A program made the translations under genes and the position numbers. From an uncultured Acidobacteriota bacterium (GTDB taxonomy: Bacteria > Acidobacteriota > Thermoanaerobaculia > UBA5066): a stretch of DNA of 64,000 nt. The notes beneath the pieces were generated by a model that worked only from the letters and a program-made list of their open reading frames with translations, ran no database searches and had not been told where the DNA came from. Location of the stretch: contig CAWCSP010000004.1 of assembly GCA_963798215.1 (NCBI GenBank), positions 6,751 through 70,750 on the forward strand, in the 5' to 3' direction. Shown here piece by piece: positions 39,467 to 48,122 of this stretch (its first letter is position 1; each line of letters begins with the position of its first letter).

Positions 39467-39494
39467 TTGACAAATCAAGTTTCGTTGATACATT
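39467..39494 (+). promoter_or_regulatory. sigma70-like promoter (TTGACA-16-TACATT) overlapping a small palindrome, upstream of arsM
   Basis: The AT-rich 100-bp intergenic region is unusual for this genome. TTGACA at 39467, TACATT at 39489. Inverted repeat CTTGA-caaa-TCAAG at 39466-39479 is flanked by ttcgtt direct repeats. Confidence 0.4.
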
Positions 39495-39525
39495 AGGGGC
39501 GTGGTTGATCGGTAAGGAGCGTCCC

Positions 39526-40353
39526 ATGGGGGAGACCGGCATCAAGGACATCAAGGACACGGTCAAGGAGCGCTACGCGGCCGCGGCGCTCCGGGCCACG
39601 AAGGGCGGAAACGCGTGCTGCGGCGGCGCGTCGGCGATCGCCGGCGCGAAGGATCCCATCACGTCCGACCTCTACGGCGCCGACCAGACGCTCGGCCTCC
39701 CGGCGGCCGCCGTCCAGGCGTCCCTCGGCTGCGGCAACCCGACGGCGCTCGCCGAGCTGCGCGAGGGGCAGACGGTCCTCGACCTCGGCTCGGGCGGCGG
39801 GATCGACGTCCTTCTTTCGGCGCGGCGCGTCGGCGAGAGCGGAAAGGTCTACGGCCTCGACATGACCGACGAGATGCTCGCGCTCGCGCGCGAGAACCAG
39901 CGCGTTGCGAAGGTCACGAACGTCGAGTTCCTGAAGGGCGAGCTCGAGCACGTGCCGCTGCCGGACGGCGTCGTCGACGTCATCATCTCGAACTGCGTCG
40001 TGAACCTCTCGGCCGACAAGGATCGCGCGCTCGCCGAAGCGTTCCGCGTCCTCAAGCCGGGCGGCCGCTTCGCGGTGTCCGACGTCGTCGTGCGCGGCGA
40101 GGTCCCGGCGGACGTGCGGAAGAACGTCGAGCTTTGGATCGGCTGCCTCGCGGGCGCGATGGAGGAGAAGGAGTTCGAGGCGCGCCTGAAGAAGGCGGGC
40201 TTCACGGACGTCTCGATCACGCCGACGCGGATCTACACGATCGACGACGCGCGCGACTTTCTCTCGGCCGGGGGTATCGACGCCGACGCGCTGGTCCCGC
40301 AGGTCGAGGGCAGGTTCATGAGCGCGTTCGTGAGGGCGATGAAGCCCGCGTGA
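39526..40353 (+). CDS. arsM: arsenite (metalloid) S-adenosylmethionine methyltransferase ArsM family
   Basis: AAGGAG RBS. SAM motif VLDLGSGGGID. Conserved Cys positions (NACCGG, LGCGNP, WIGCLAGA) as in ArsM. Confidence 0.8.
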   Translation: MGETGIKDIKDTVKERYAAAALRATKGGNACCGGASAIAGAKDPITSDLYGADQTLGLPAAAVQASLGCGNPTALAELREGQTVLDLGSGGGIDVLLSARRVGESGKVYGLDMTDEMLALARENQRVAKVTNVEFLKGELEHVPLPDGVVDVIISNCVVNLSADKDRALAEAFRVLKPGGRFAVSDVVVRGEVPADVRKNVELWIGCLAGAMEEKEFEARLKKAGFTDVSITPTRIYTIDDARDFLSAGGIDADALVPQVEGRFMSAFVRAMKPA

Positions 40354-40462
40354 ACCGCGCCGAGGAGGTCGATCCGGTGTTTCCGACGCCCCGGGAATAG
40401 ACCCGCGGCCGGGGTTCATTCACGGGGGCGGTGATCGACCTCGTGCCACAATCGAAGGGCCC

Positions 40463-41161
40463 GTGCTGAATCCCGGAGGCGCCCGCCGCTGTGTCCTTCT
40501 CTTCGCACGGTCCCCGCGCGCCGAGGCGGCGGCCAAGGGGATCCGCGGGGGCGAGGAGCTCTTCCGGCTCGCGCGCGAGCGCGTCGTCGAGGCCGTCGCG
40601 GCGCTGCCCGGAGTCGACCTCGTCCCCGTCCCGCCGGCGTTCCAGCGCGGGCGGAGCTTCGGGGAGAGGCTGGAACGGGCGCTCGCGGATTCGGTGAGAT
40701 CGGGCTACCGGCAGCTCGTCGTGGTCCCGGGCGACGTGCCGGAACTGTCCGCGGACGACCTCGGCGCCGCGTTCGACGCCCTCGCGTCGCGGGACGTCGT
40801 GCTGGGTCCGGCGCGGGACGGAGGCGTCTGGCTGATCGGCTTCCATGCGGGTCGGATCCCGCCTCGAAGCCTCCTTCGGGAGGTCCCGTGGCGGACCCCG
40901 GGCGTCTTCGAGGCGCTTCTCGGCAATGCCGCGGACGCGGCCGTCCTCGGCCTTCGGAGCGACGTGAACGACCGGCGGGGCGGCGCGCGCGCCCTCGCCG
41001 CGGCCCGCGAATCCCGGGACGCGGCCCTCGTCGTCGTCCTCGCCGCCCTCCTCGGCTCACGGGTCGTAATCCGCGGCGTCGCCGCGCCGCGTGGAGCGCC
41101 TGCGCCCCGGCCCGCCCCGAACTCCTGCCGCGCGCCGCCGTTCTCCTCACCCGCCGCCTGA
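40463..41161 (+). CDS. DUF2064 / CofC-like nucleotidyltransferase-fold transferase (recalled as the rSAM/selenodomain-associated transferase family)
   Basis: MobA/CofC-like N-terminus (VLLFARSP...GYRQLVVVPGDVPELSADDL...GPARDGGVWLIG). Confidence 0.6.
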   Translation: MLNPGGARRCVLLFARSPRAEAAAKGIRGGEELFRLARERVVEAVAALPGVDLVPVPPAFQRGRSFGERLERALADSVRSGYRQLVVVPGDVPELSADDLGAAFDALASRDVVLGPARDGGVWLIGFHAGRIPPRSLLREVPWRTPGVFEALLGNAADAAVLGLRSDVNDRRGGARALAAARESRDAALVVVLAALLGSRVVIRGVAAPRGAPAPRPAPNSCRAPPFSSPAA

Positions 41162-41212
41162 GAGAACCGGCCGCCTCCTGCGGAAACCCGCAGCGAAACG
41201 AAGGAGAAGTCC

Positions 41213-42226
41213 ATGTTCCGCTTCGCGCGCACGATCGCGTCGCTCGCCCTCGTCTCGTCCGCAGCGTTCGCTTCGGACCGCGTCGTCATCCAGTACGACT
41301 GCATCCCGAACTACGCGAACTGGGGCGGCGTGACCGCGCTGTACCTCAAGGTCGCCGGCGTCACGGTGCCGCCCGATCCGAAAGGCTCCTCCGTCGCGAT
41401 GGCGGCTCTCGAAAAGGAGAAGGACGCACCGGTCGCGGATTGCGCGTATTACTCCGGCGCGATCGGCTTTCAGGCGGCGCAGAAGGGACTGCACCAGCCG
41501 TACAAGCCGAAAGGCTGGGAGAAGATCCCCGCCGCACTCAAGGACCCTTCCGGACTGTGGTGGACGGTCCACACGGCGACGATCGCCTTCGTCGTGAACA
41601 CGCAGGCGCTCGGCGGGGCGCCCGTCCCGAGGTCGTGGGCGGACCTCCTGAAGCCCGAGTACAAGGGGAAGATCGCGTACGACGACCCGACGTGGGGCGG
41701 AACGTCCTTCACGCTCGTCTACGGGATCAACGAGCTGATGGGAGGCAGCGCGACGGACTTCGCTCCGGGTCTCGCGTACCTCAAGAAGCTCGACGCGAAC
41801 GTCTCGTCGTACCCGCGCGAGTCGATCTACAACGCGGTGCTGAGGGGCGAGATCCCGGTCTGGATCAACGCGGACGGGAACGGCTACAAGATGAGGTACG
41901 TCGACGGCGGGACGGTCGACGTCGTCCTTCCCGCGGAGGGCACGTTCACGATGCCCCTCGTGATGGGTCTCGCGAAGGGAGCCCCGCACGCGGCGGAGGC
42001 GAAGGCGTACTTCGACTGGCTGCTCACCGCCGAGGCGCAGGCGGAGTTCGCGAAGTCGTTCTTCCGCCCGGTGGTTTCCGGGGCTCTCCCCGCCGGCCTC
42101 GCCGCGAAGTTCCTCCCCGACGTCGAATACCGCCGGGCGCGGGATCTCGACCTCGCGAAGATGGCGGGGGCGGCGGACGCGCTGAAGAAGGCGTGGCGGG
42201 ATGCGATCCGGGGCTCGGGCCGCTAG
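41213..42226 (+). CDS. ABC transporter periplasmic substrate-binding protein (Fe3+/polyamine/thiamine/2-AEP-type PBP2 family)
   Basis: Signal peptide. Type 2 SBP fold motifs. Confidence 0.85.
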   Translation: MFRFARTIASLALVSSAAFASDRVVIQYDCIPNYANWGGVTALYLKVAGVTVPPDPKGSSVAMAALEKEKDAPVADCAYYSGAIGFQAAQKGLHQPYKPKGWEKIPAALKDPSGLWWTVHTATIAFVVNTQALGGAPVPRSWADLLKPEYKGKIAYDDPTWGGTSFTLVYGINELMGGSATDFAPGLAYLKKLDANVSSYPRESIYNAVLRGEIPVWINADGNGYKMRYVDGGTVDVVLPAEGTFTMPLVMGLAKGAPHAAEAKAYFDWLLTAEAQAEFAKSFFRPVVSGALPAGLAAKFLPDVEYRRARDLDLAKMAGAADALKKAWRDAIRGSGR

Positions 42227-43028
42227 CGTGCGGCCGGGTCGCGTCCCCGGGACGGGAGCGCTTCTCGCCCTGCCGCTCGCGCTCTTCCTCGGCCTGTGCA
42301 TCCTGTGGCCGCTGGCCGCTCTCGCGAGCTCCGCGCTCGCGACCCCGGGCGCCTTCACGCAGGTGCTCGCGGCCGGACGCTACCGGACGGCCCTCGTGAA
42401 CTCGCTCGGACTCTCGCTTGCGGCCTCGGCGACCGCCGTCGCGGCGGCGATCCTGCCGGCGTGGGTATTCGCCCGCGAGCGTTTTCGCGGGCGCGACGCC
42501 CTGCGCGCGGCCGTCTCGCTCCCGCTGACCTTCTCGGGCGTCCTCGTCGGCTTTCTCGTCGTCGTGATGCTGGGGCGCGCCGGCGCCGTCCCGAAGCTCC
42601 TCGGGGCTCTCACGGGGCACGAGCTCCTGTCGGGCTCGGCGTTCACGCTGACCGGGCTCTTCGCCGCGTATCTCTACTTCGAGATCCCGCGCGCCGTCAT
42701 GACGCTCGAGGCCGCGTTCCGCCGGTTTCCGGCTGAGCTGGATGCGGCGGCGCGCGTCCTGGGCGCGGGGCCTCTCGCCCGGCTCTTCCGGGTCGTGCTG
42801 CCGCTCGCGGCTCCGGCTCTGAGGTCGACGCTCGCGATCACGTTCTCGGCCTCGATGGGCTCCTTCGGTGCCGCGCTCATCCTGGCGCGGAGATTCACCG
42901 TGGCGCCGGTCGAGGTCTACACCGAGCTGACGGCGTTTCTGAATGACGCCGTTGCCGGCGCGCTCTGCGTCGCCCTCGCGGTCCTCACGCTCGGCGTCGA
43001 TCGCCTCCTCGCCCGGAGGGCGGCGTGA
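42201..43028 (+). CDS. ABC transporter permease (PotB/FbpB-like)
   Basis: 6 TM helices. EAA loop LGAGPLARLFRVVLPLAAPAL. An alternative GTG start lies at 42228. Confidence 0.8.
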   Translation: MRSGARAASVRPGRVPGTGALLALPLALFLGLCILWPLAALASSALATPGAFTQVLAAGRYRTALVNSLGLSLAASATAVAAAILPAWVFARERFRGRDALRAAVSLPLTFSGVLVGFLVVVMLGRAGAVPKLLGALTGHELLSGSAFTLTGLFAAYLYFEIPRAVMTLEAAFRRFPAELDAAARVLGAGPLARLFRVVLPLAAPALRSTLAITFSASMGSFGAALILARRFTVAPVEVYTELTAFLNDAVAGALCVALAVLTLGVDRLLARRAA

Positions 43029-43825
43029 AATCCCGGACCCGCCGCGCCGCCCGCGCCGCCGGCATCGCGCTCGCGGCGGGCCTCGCGGCCGTGCTCGTCG
43101 CGCCGATCGCGGTGACGGTCGGGGGCGCGTTCCTCGACCTGCGCTGGTACGGCCCGCGGTCGGAAGGCATCGCCGGCGTGGCGGCCTCCTTCCGGTACGT
43201 GCTGGGGATCTGGTCCGGGGCGCTCCTCACGTCGGCGAAGCTCGTCGCGTCGGTCGTCCCCCTCGCGCTCGCGATCGGCGCGCCCGCCGCGTTCGCGTTC
43301 CGGCGCCGCCCGTTCCCGCTCGCGCGGCTCCTCGAGGCCGCCGCGCTGACGCCGCTGTCCGTGCCCGGCATCGCCCTCGCCGTCGGTCTTCTCGCGGCGG
43401 CGCCGCGCGCGCCGCGCCTTGGCCTCCTCGTCGCGGGACACCTCGCGTACGCGCTGCCGCTCGTCCTGAAGACGGTCGGGAACGCGCTCGAGAACGAGGA
43501 TCCGCGCCTCGAGGCGGCGGCGCGCTCGCTCGGCGCCGGGCCCTTTCGGACGGCGCTCTGGGTGACGATCCCCAGGCTCGCGCCGGCCCTCGTTCTCTCG
43601 TCGCTTCTCGTCTTCGCCGTTTCGTGGGGCGAGTTCAACGTCAGCTTTCTCCTCGCGACGCCCCTTCGACAGACGTTTCCGGCCGCGCTCTACATGACGT
43701 ACACGACGAACTCCTTCCCGGTCGCCGCCGCGGCGACGGTCGTCTTCCTCCTCCCCGTCGTGCCCGCGCTCCTCGCGATCCAGGCGCTCGGCGGCGACGA
43801 ATTCCGGCGAGGCCTCTCGTCGTGA
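43025..43825 (+). CDS. ABC transporter permease (second subunit)
   Basis: EAA loop SLGAGPFRTALWVTIPRLAPAL. GTG start overlapping the upstream stop. Confidence 0.85.
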   Translation: MKSRTRRAARAAGIALAAGLAAVLVAPIAVTVGGAFLDLRWYGPRSEGIAGVAASFRYVLGIWSGALLTSAKLVASVVPLALAIGAPAAFAFRRRPFPLARLLEAAALTPLSVPGIALAVGLLAAAPRAPRLGLLVAGHLAYALPLVLKTVGNALENEDPRLEAAARSLGAGPFRTALWVTIPRLAPALVLSSLLVFAVSWGEFNVSFLLATPLRQTFPAALYMTYTTNSFPVAAAATVVFLLPVVPALLAIQALGGDEFRRGLSS

Positions 43826-44862
43826 AGCTCGAGGTCCGCGGGCTGACGAAGTCGTACCGGCCGGGTCCGCCGGCCGTCGACGCCGTCAGTCACGGATTCG
43901 CCGCGGGCCGGATCACGTCGATCCTCGGACCGAGCGGGTCCGGCAAGAGCACGCTCCTCTGGATGATCGCCGGCCTCGCGGATCCCGACGCGGGCCGCGT
44001 CCTGTGCGACGAATCGGACGTCACGGACGTTCCCGCCGAGAAGCGCGACGTCGGGCTCGTCTTCCAGAGCTACGCGCTCTTTCCCCACCTCACGGTTCTC
44101 GAGAACGTCGCGTTCGGCCCGCGGGCGCGCGGCGCCTCGAAGGCCGAGCGGACGGCCCGGGCGCGCGAGGCGCTCGCGACGGTCCGGATGTCCGCGCTCG
44201 AAGACCGCCGGATCGAGGCGCTCTCGGGGGGCGAACAGCAGCGCGTCGCCCTCGCGCGGGCGCTCGCGTGCCGTCCGCGCGTCCTGCTCCTCGACGAGCC
44301 GCTCTCCGCGCTCGACGCACAGCTGCGTGAGGAGCTGCGCGGCGAGCTGTCCGTGCTCCTGAGGAGCCTCGCGCTCACGACGCTTTACGTGACGCACGAC
44401 CAGGAAGAGGCGCTGTCCCTCGGGGACGAGCTCCTCGTCCTGCGCAACGGGCGCGTCGAGCAGGCCGGCACACCGGCGGACGTGTACCGCCGGCCGGCGA
44501 ACGCGTTCGTCGCCCGTTTCCTCGGCGCCGCGAACCTCGTCCGCGCCACGGCGGCTCCCGGCGGGCGGGAGCTGCGCCTTCCGTTCGCGACGCTCCCGGC
44601 GGCGGCTCCCGTCCGCCCGGGGCCGTGCTGGGTCATGCTGCGCCCGGAGGACCTCGAGGTCGTGCGGCCGGGTGAGGGGGACTTCACGGCGTCGCTCGAG
44701 ACCTCGGTGTTTCGGGGGCCGGCCCGGCGCCTCCGCGTGGTCGCGGAAGGCGAGGCGCTCGCCGTCGACGCCCCGAACGACCTCGACGTCCGGGAGGGAG
44801 ACGACGTTTCGCTGCGCGTGAGGCGCGAGAAGATCTCCGTCTTCCCGGAGGAAACCGGATGA
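43822..44862 (+). CDS. ABC transporter ATP-binding protein with C-terminal TOBE domain (PotA/FbpC-like)
   Basis: Walker A GPSGSGKST. Signature LSGGEQQRVALARAL. Walker B LLLDEPLSALD. Confidence 0.9.
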   Translation: MKLEVRGLTKSYRPGPPAVDAVSHGFAAGRITSILGPSGSGKSTLLWMIAGLADPDAGRVLCDESDVTDVPAEKRDVGLVFQSYALFPHLTVLENVAFGPRARGASKAERTARAREALATVRMSALEDRRIEALSGGEQQRVALARALACRPRVLLLDEPLSALDAQLREELRGELSVLLRSLALTTLYVTHDQEEALSLGDELLVLRNGRVEQAGTPADVYRRPANAFVARFLGAANLVRATAAPGGRELRLPFATLPAAAPVRPGPCWVMLRPEDLEVVRPGEGDFTASLETSVFRGPARRLRVVAEGEALAVDAPNDLDVREGDDVSLRVRREKISVFPEETG

Positions 44863-45728
44863 ACGACCGCCCCTTTCCCGAAGCGCCGCTCGCCGCTCTG
44901 GACACCGTGTGGATCCAGGTCGCGGGGACGCTGTGCAACCTCGCGTGCACGCACTGCTTCATCTCGTGCTCGCCGACGAACGATGCGCACGGGATGATGC
45001 CGCTCGCGGACGTGGTTCGCGTCCTCGACGAGGCCGAGCGGCTCGGCGCAAAGGAGTATTACCTCACGGGAGGCGAGCCGTTCCTGAACCGCGACATCCT
45101 CCCGATCCTCGAGGCGGCGCTCGCGAAGGGGCCCGTCTCCGTCCTCACGAACGGCGTCCTCATCCGGCCCGAGACGGCAGCGCGCCTGAAGGCTCTCTCG
45201 GATGGCTCGGAGTACAGCCTCGACCTGCGCGTTTCGATCGACGGGTGGGACGCGGCGACGAACGACGCCGTGCGCGGCGTGGGGACGTTCGACCGCATCC
45301 TCGCGGGCGTGCGGCACCTGGCGGCGGCCGGTCTCAACCCCGTGATCACGGTGACGGAAGTGCTCGACGGCGCGGGGACGCGCGAGGGCCGCGCGCGCTT
45401 TCTCGCGTTCCTCCGGGAGATCGGCCTCGCCCAGCCGCGGCTGAAAATCCTGCCGCTCCTCAGGCTCGGGGCGGAGGAAAAGCGTCTCCGGCCCTACGCC
45501 GAATTCGAGACGCTCGAAGGAAGGTCGCTGACACCTGAAGACCTCGCGGCGCTTCAGTGCACGAGCTCGCGCATGGTCACGTCGAAGGGCGCGTACGTCT
45601 GCCCGATCCTCATCGACGTGGACGACGCGCGAATGGGGGAGACGCTCTCCGACACGCTCCGGCCGTTCACGCTCCGGCATCGGGCGTGTTACACGTGTCA
45701 GGAATATGGCCTCAGTTGCAGGACGTGA
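44859..45728 (+). CDS. radical SAM enzyme with Cys-rich C-terminal tail (recalled as the TIGR04167-like rSAM/Cys-rich family)
   Basis: CX3CX2C (CNLACTHC). C-terminal CPILID...CYTCQEYGLSC cluster. Translationally coupled to the ABC ATPase. Confidence 0.8.
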   Translation: MNDRPFPEAPLAALDTVWIQVAGTLCNLACTHCFISCSPTNDAHGMMPLADVVRVLDEAERLGAKEYYLTGGEPFLNRDILPILEAALAKGPVSVLTNGVLIRPETAARLKALSDGSEYSLDLRVSIDGWDAATNDAVRGVGTFDRILAGVRHLAAAGLNPVITVTEVLDGAGTREGRARFLAFLREIGLAQPRLKILPLLRLGAEEKRLRPYAEFETLEGRSLTPEDLAALQCTSSRMVTSKGAYVCPILIDVDDARMGETLSDTLRPFTLRHRACYTCQEYGLSCRT

Positions 45729-45761
45729 GGCTCTTGTCATGCAGCATTTCTTAGAAAGTGA

Positions 45762-46604
45762 ATGCGACCCCGCGGCGGGCGCGGCGGAGCGGGTTCTGTG
45801 AAAACCGTGGAGCTTGGGACCTTTCGAAGGATCGCGCTCTTCGGAGGGATCTATTCGAACTATCTGTCGCTCCTGAGCGCCATCTCGCTCGCCCGTGCGC
45901 GCAACGTCGACGCGATCGTCGCGCTCGGTGACTTCGGCGCGTTCGGGCCGCACCCGGACCGCGCCGTCGAGATCCTGCGTGAGGCGCGGATTCCCGCGAT
46001 CCGGGGCAACTACGAGGAGTCGCTCTCGTCGTCCGCAGATGACTGCGCCTGCGGCTACACCGACCCGCGCGACAACGCGTTCGCGCAGGTCTCGTACGAC
46101 TACACGCGCGAGAAGACGTCCGCGGAGCACAAGGCGTGGATGGGGACGCTGCCGTCGCACGCGCGGCTGACGGTCGCGGGACGGAAGGTCCTCCTCTGTC
46201 ACGGCTCGCCGCGGGCCGTCAACGAATTCCTCTGGGAGACAGCGACGCCGCGCGCTTTCATCGGCCGCCTTCTCGACGCGCACGGCACCGACGTGATCGC
46301 CTGCACGCACACGGGCCTCCACTGGGCACGGTTTCTCGCGCCGGGGCGCGGCCTCGTGAACGCCGGCGTGCTCGGAAGGCCGGCGAACGACGGGCACACG
46401 AACGTGTGGTTCACGATCCTCGAGGAGCGGGGGGGAACGCTCGCGACGGAGTTCGTCCCCGTCGACTACGACCACGCGCGCCTCGCGCGCGAGATGCGCG
46501 AGGAGAAGCTCCCCGCCGAGTTCGTCGAGACGATCGAGACGGGCTGGTGGACGACGTGTCTCGAGGTCCTGCCCGCCAAGGAGCGCGCGCGCGGGCGGTT
46601 CTGA
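45762..46604 (+). CDS. calcineurin-like metallophosphoesterase (YfcE/MJ0936-like)
   Basis: GDxG...GNYE...GHTH-type motifs (ALGDFGAFG, RGNYEE, CTHTG). The true start may be an internal GTG. Confidence 0.75.
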   Translation: MRPRGGRGGAGSVKTVELGTFRRIALFGGIYSNYLSLLSAISLARARNVDAIVALGDFGAFGPHPDRAVEILREARIPAIRGNYEESLSSSADDCACGYTDPRDNAFAQVSYDYTREKTSAEHKAWMGTLPSHARLTVAGRKVLLCHGSPRAVNEFLWETATPRAFIGRLLDAHGTDVIACTHTGLHWARFLAPGRGLVNAGVLGRPANDGHTNVWFTILEERGGTLATEFVPVDYDHARLAREMREEKLPAEFVETIETGWWTTCLEVLPAKERARGRF

Positions 46605-46619
46605 AGGCCCGGGGGCTGT

Positions 46620-47255
46620 TCAGCGCCCTTCGAGAGGGATCAGGACCTCGTTCCTCCGGAGGAACCACGGCGTCCACGGCGGGTTGTATCGGGCGAAGAC
46701 GGGCGGCTCAGGGGCGGGCTCGAGCCCGGCGGCCTTCGCGTCGGATGCGAGCTCTCGCGCGACGTCTTCGAATCTCTCCACGCCCCATGTGCCCGAAAAG
46801 CGCACGGCGGCGACCCGTCTCGCGGGGACCTCGCGCAGGCGGACGCGCGCGTCGTCGGGGACCGGCAGCGTCCTCATCGTGAAGGACGCGGGCATCGTGA
46901 ACGTCACGGTCCAGCCGTCCGTCGACCTCTCGGCGCCGACGGGCGCCGTCATCGCGATCTTAGTTCCCCGCGCACCCCGAACCGGCTCGGCGCCGACGGG
47001 CGCGGTCATCGCGATCTTCCGGCCGCCGTCGTTCGCGCCGAAGATGTAGCCCGCGAGGCGGCGGAAGCCCTCGTTCGTCCCGTCTCCGAACGCCCCCGTC
47101 ACGACCGTCTCGGCGACGACCGTGTTCTTGTAGACGCGGACCTCGAACGATCCGTAATCCTTTTCAATGCGATACTCCGGTTCCTCGACGGCCATGGCGG
47201 CTCCTGCCGCCCCGAGCAGGACGAATCCGATCGGGGCGAAACGCGAAAGCGTCAT
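46620..47255 (-). CDS. SOUL heme-binding family protein, secreted
   Basis: Signal peptide MTLSRFAPIGFVLLGAAGAAMA. SOUL motifs YEVRxY-like (FEVRVYKN). Confidence 0.7.
   Translation of the reverse strand: MTLSRFAPIGFVLLGAAGAAMAVEEPEYRIEKDYGSFEVRVYKNTVVAETVVTGAFGDGTNEGFRRLAGYIFGANDGGRKIAMTAPVGAEPVRGARGTKIAMTAPVGAERSTDGWTVTFTMPASFTMRTLPVPDDARVRLREVPARRVAAVRFSGTWGVERFEDVARELASDAKAAGLEPAPEPPVFARYNPPWTPWFLRRNEVLIPLEGR
46929..47018. repeat. 33-bp near-identical direct repeat at 57-bp spacing inside the SOUL gene (in-frame 19-aa tandem duplication)
   Basis: ctcggcgccgacgggcgcCgtcatcgcgatctt at 46929 and ...cgcGgtcatc... at 46986. The encoded KIAMTAPVGAE is repeated. Confidence 0.5.
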
Positions 47256-47372
47256 GCCGTCTTTACGCCGGCAGGCCACCCTCCGGTTTGGCCGTGAAAC
47301 TTTTCGGCGCGAACTGCGTCTTCTCTAGGCAAGCAGGCCCTCAGGGGCCGGACGAAAGGGGATCCGGGAGTC

Positions 47373-47615
47373 ATGGAATCGGCGGCGGAGCTTCACGAGG
47401 CGCGAGTCCTGAGGGCGCAGATCGAGCTGCGGGAGGCCGAGTTTCCGGCCGCGAGGCCGGAAGACCGGGTGTTTCTCGCGGAGGAGATTGCCCGCCTGAA
47501 ACGTGACTATCGTCGCGCGCTCGCCCGCCAGGCCGACGCGGACTACCGGCGGCGCCGCGCGGAGTGGCGCGCCGAAGCGGACCGCTCGTCCCCGCCGCGG
47601 CGCGCCTGCGCCTGA
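47373..47615 (+). CDS. small Arg/Glu-rich hypothetical protein (weak call)
   Basis: 80 aa, helical coiled-coil-like. GGGAG lies 4 nt before the ATG. Confidence 0.3.
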   Translation: MESAAELHEARVLRAQIELREAEFPAARPEDRVFLAEEIARLKRDYRRALARQADADYRRRRAEWRAEADRSSPPRRACA

Positions 47616-47619
47616 GGAG

Positions 47620-48099
47620 CTACTTCTTCCAGACCTCGAAGGAGATCTTGACCGTCTTGGCGGTCTTGTAGTCGTTCGTGTACATCTTCACGAACATGGA
47701 GTTCGTATCGTCGATCTTGCCCTTGTCGAGCGTGGCCGTCCGGTCGTTCTCGCCGAGCGGTTTTCCGTCCTTGCCGCCCGGGATCGTGACCACGTACTTG
47801 CACTTGTAGTCCTTGTCCTGGTCCCGGTTCGAGTAGCGAAACTCCACGACCATCGTGTGCTTGTCGCTCGGGTCCTTCTGGGCCTTCTGGAAGTCGTCCG
47901 AGTCCGGCCAATGGCGGATCCGGAAGGAGTCGATTGTGACGTCGCCGACCTTGAAGCCGATCTTGATGTCCTTGTCGCCCGTGAACGGGAAGCTCTTCTC
48001 GAAAGATCCCTTGGCCGGCTCGGCGGCCGAAAGGGAAAGAGCAGCGAGGCAAACGAGGGACGCCAGAGTCGCCAGAGTCGCCAGACGAAGGCCTTTCAT
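47620..48099 (-). CDS. secreted hypothetical protein, paralog of 3001-3450, lower GC
   Basis: GGAGG lies 5 nt before the ATG. Signal peptide MKGLRLATLATLASLVCLAALSLSAA. About 56% GC versus about 70% for the genome. Confidence 0.7.
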   Translation of the reverse strand: MKGLRLATLATLASLVCLAALSLSAAEPAKGSFEKSFPFTGDKDIKIGFKVGDVTIDSFRIRHWPDSDDFQKAQKDPSDKHTMVVEFRYSNRDQDKDYKCKYVVTIPGGKDGKPLGENDRTATLDKGKIDDTNSMFVKMYTNDYKTAKTVKISFEVWKK

Positions 48100-48122
48100 C
48101 GGAACCTCCATTTGCCGGAATC

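Noticed and set aside
44859-45790. Selenocysteine recoding of the TGA ending the radical SAM gene
   Set aside because: No SECIS-like hairpin with an apical G lies within 11-40 nt downstream. Read-through adds only 11 codons. Kept only as a low-priority check.
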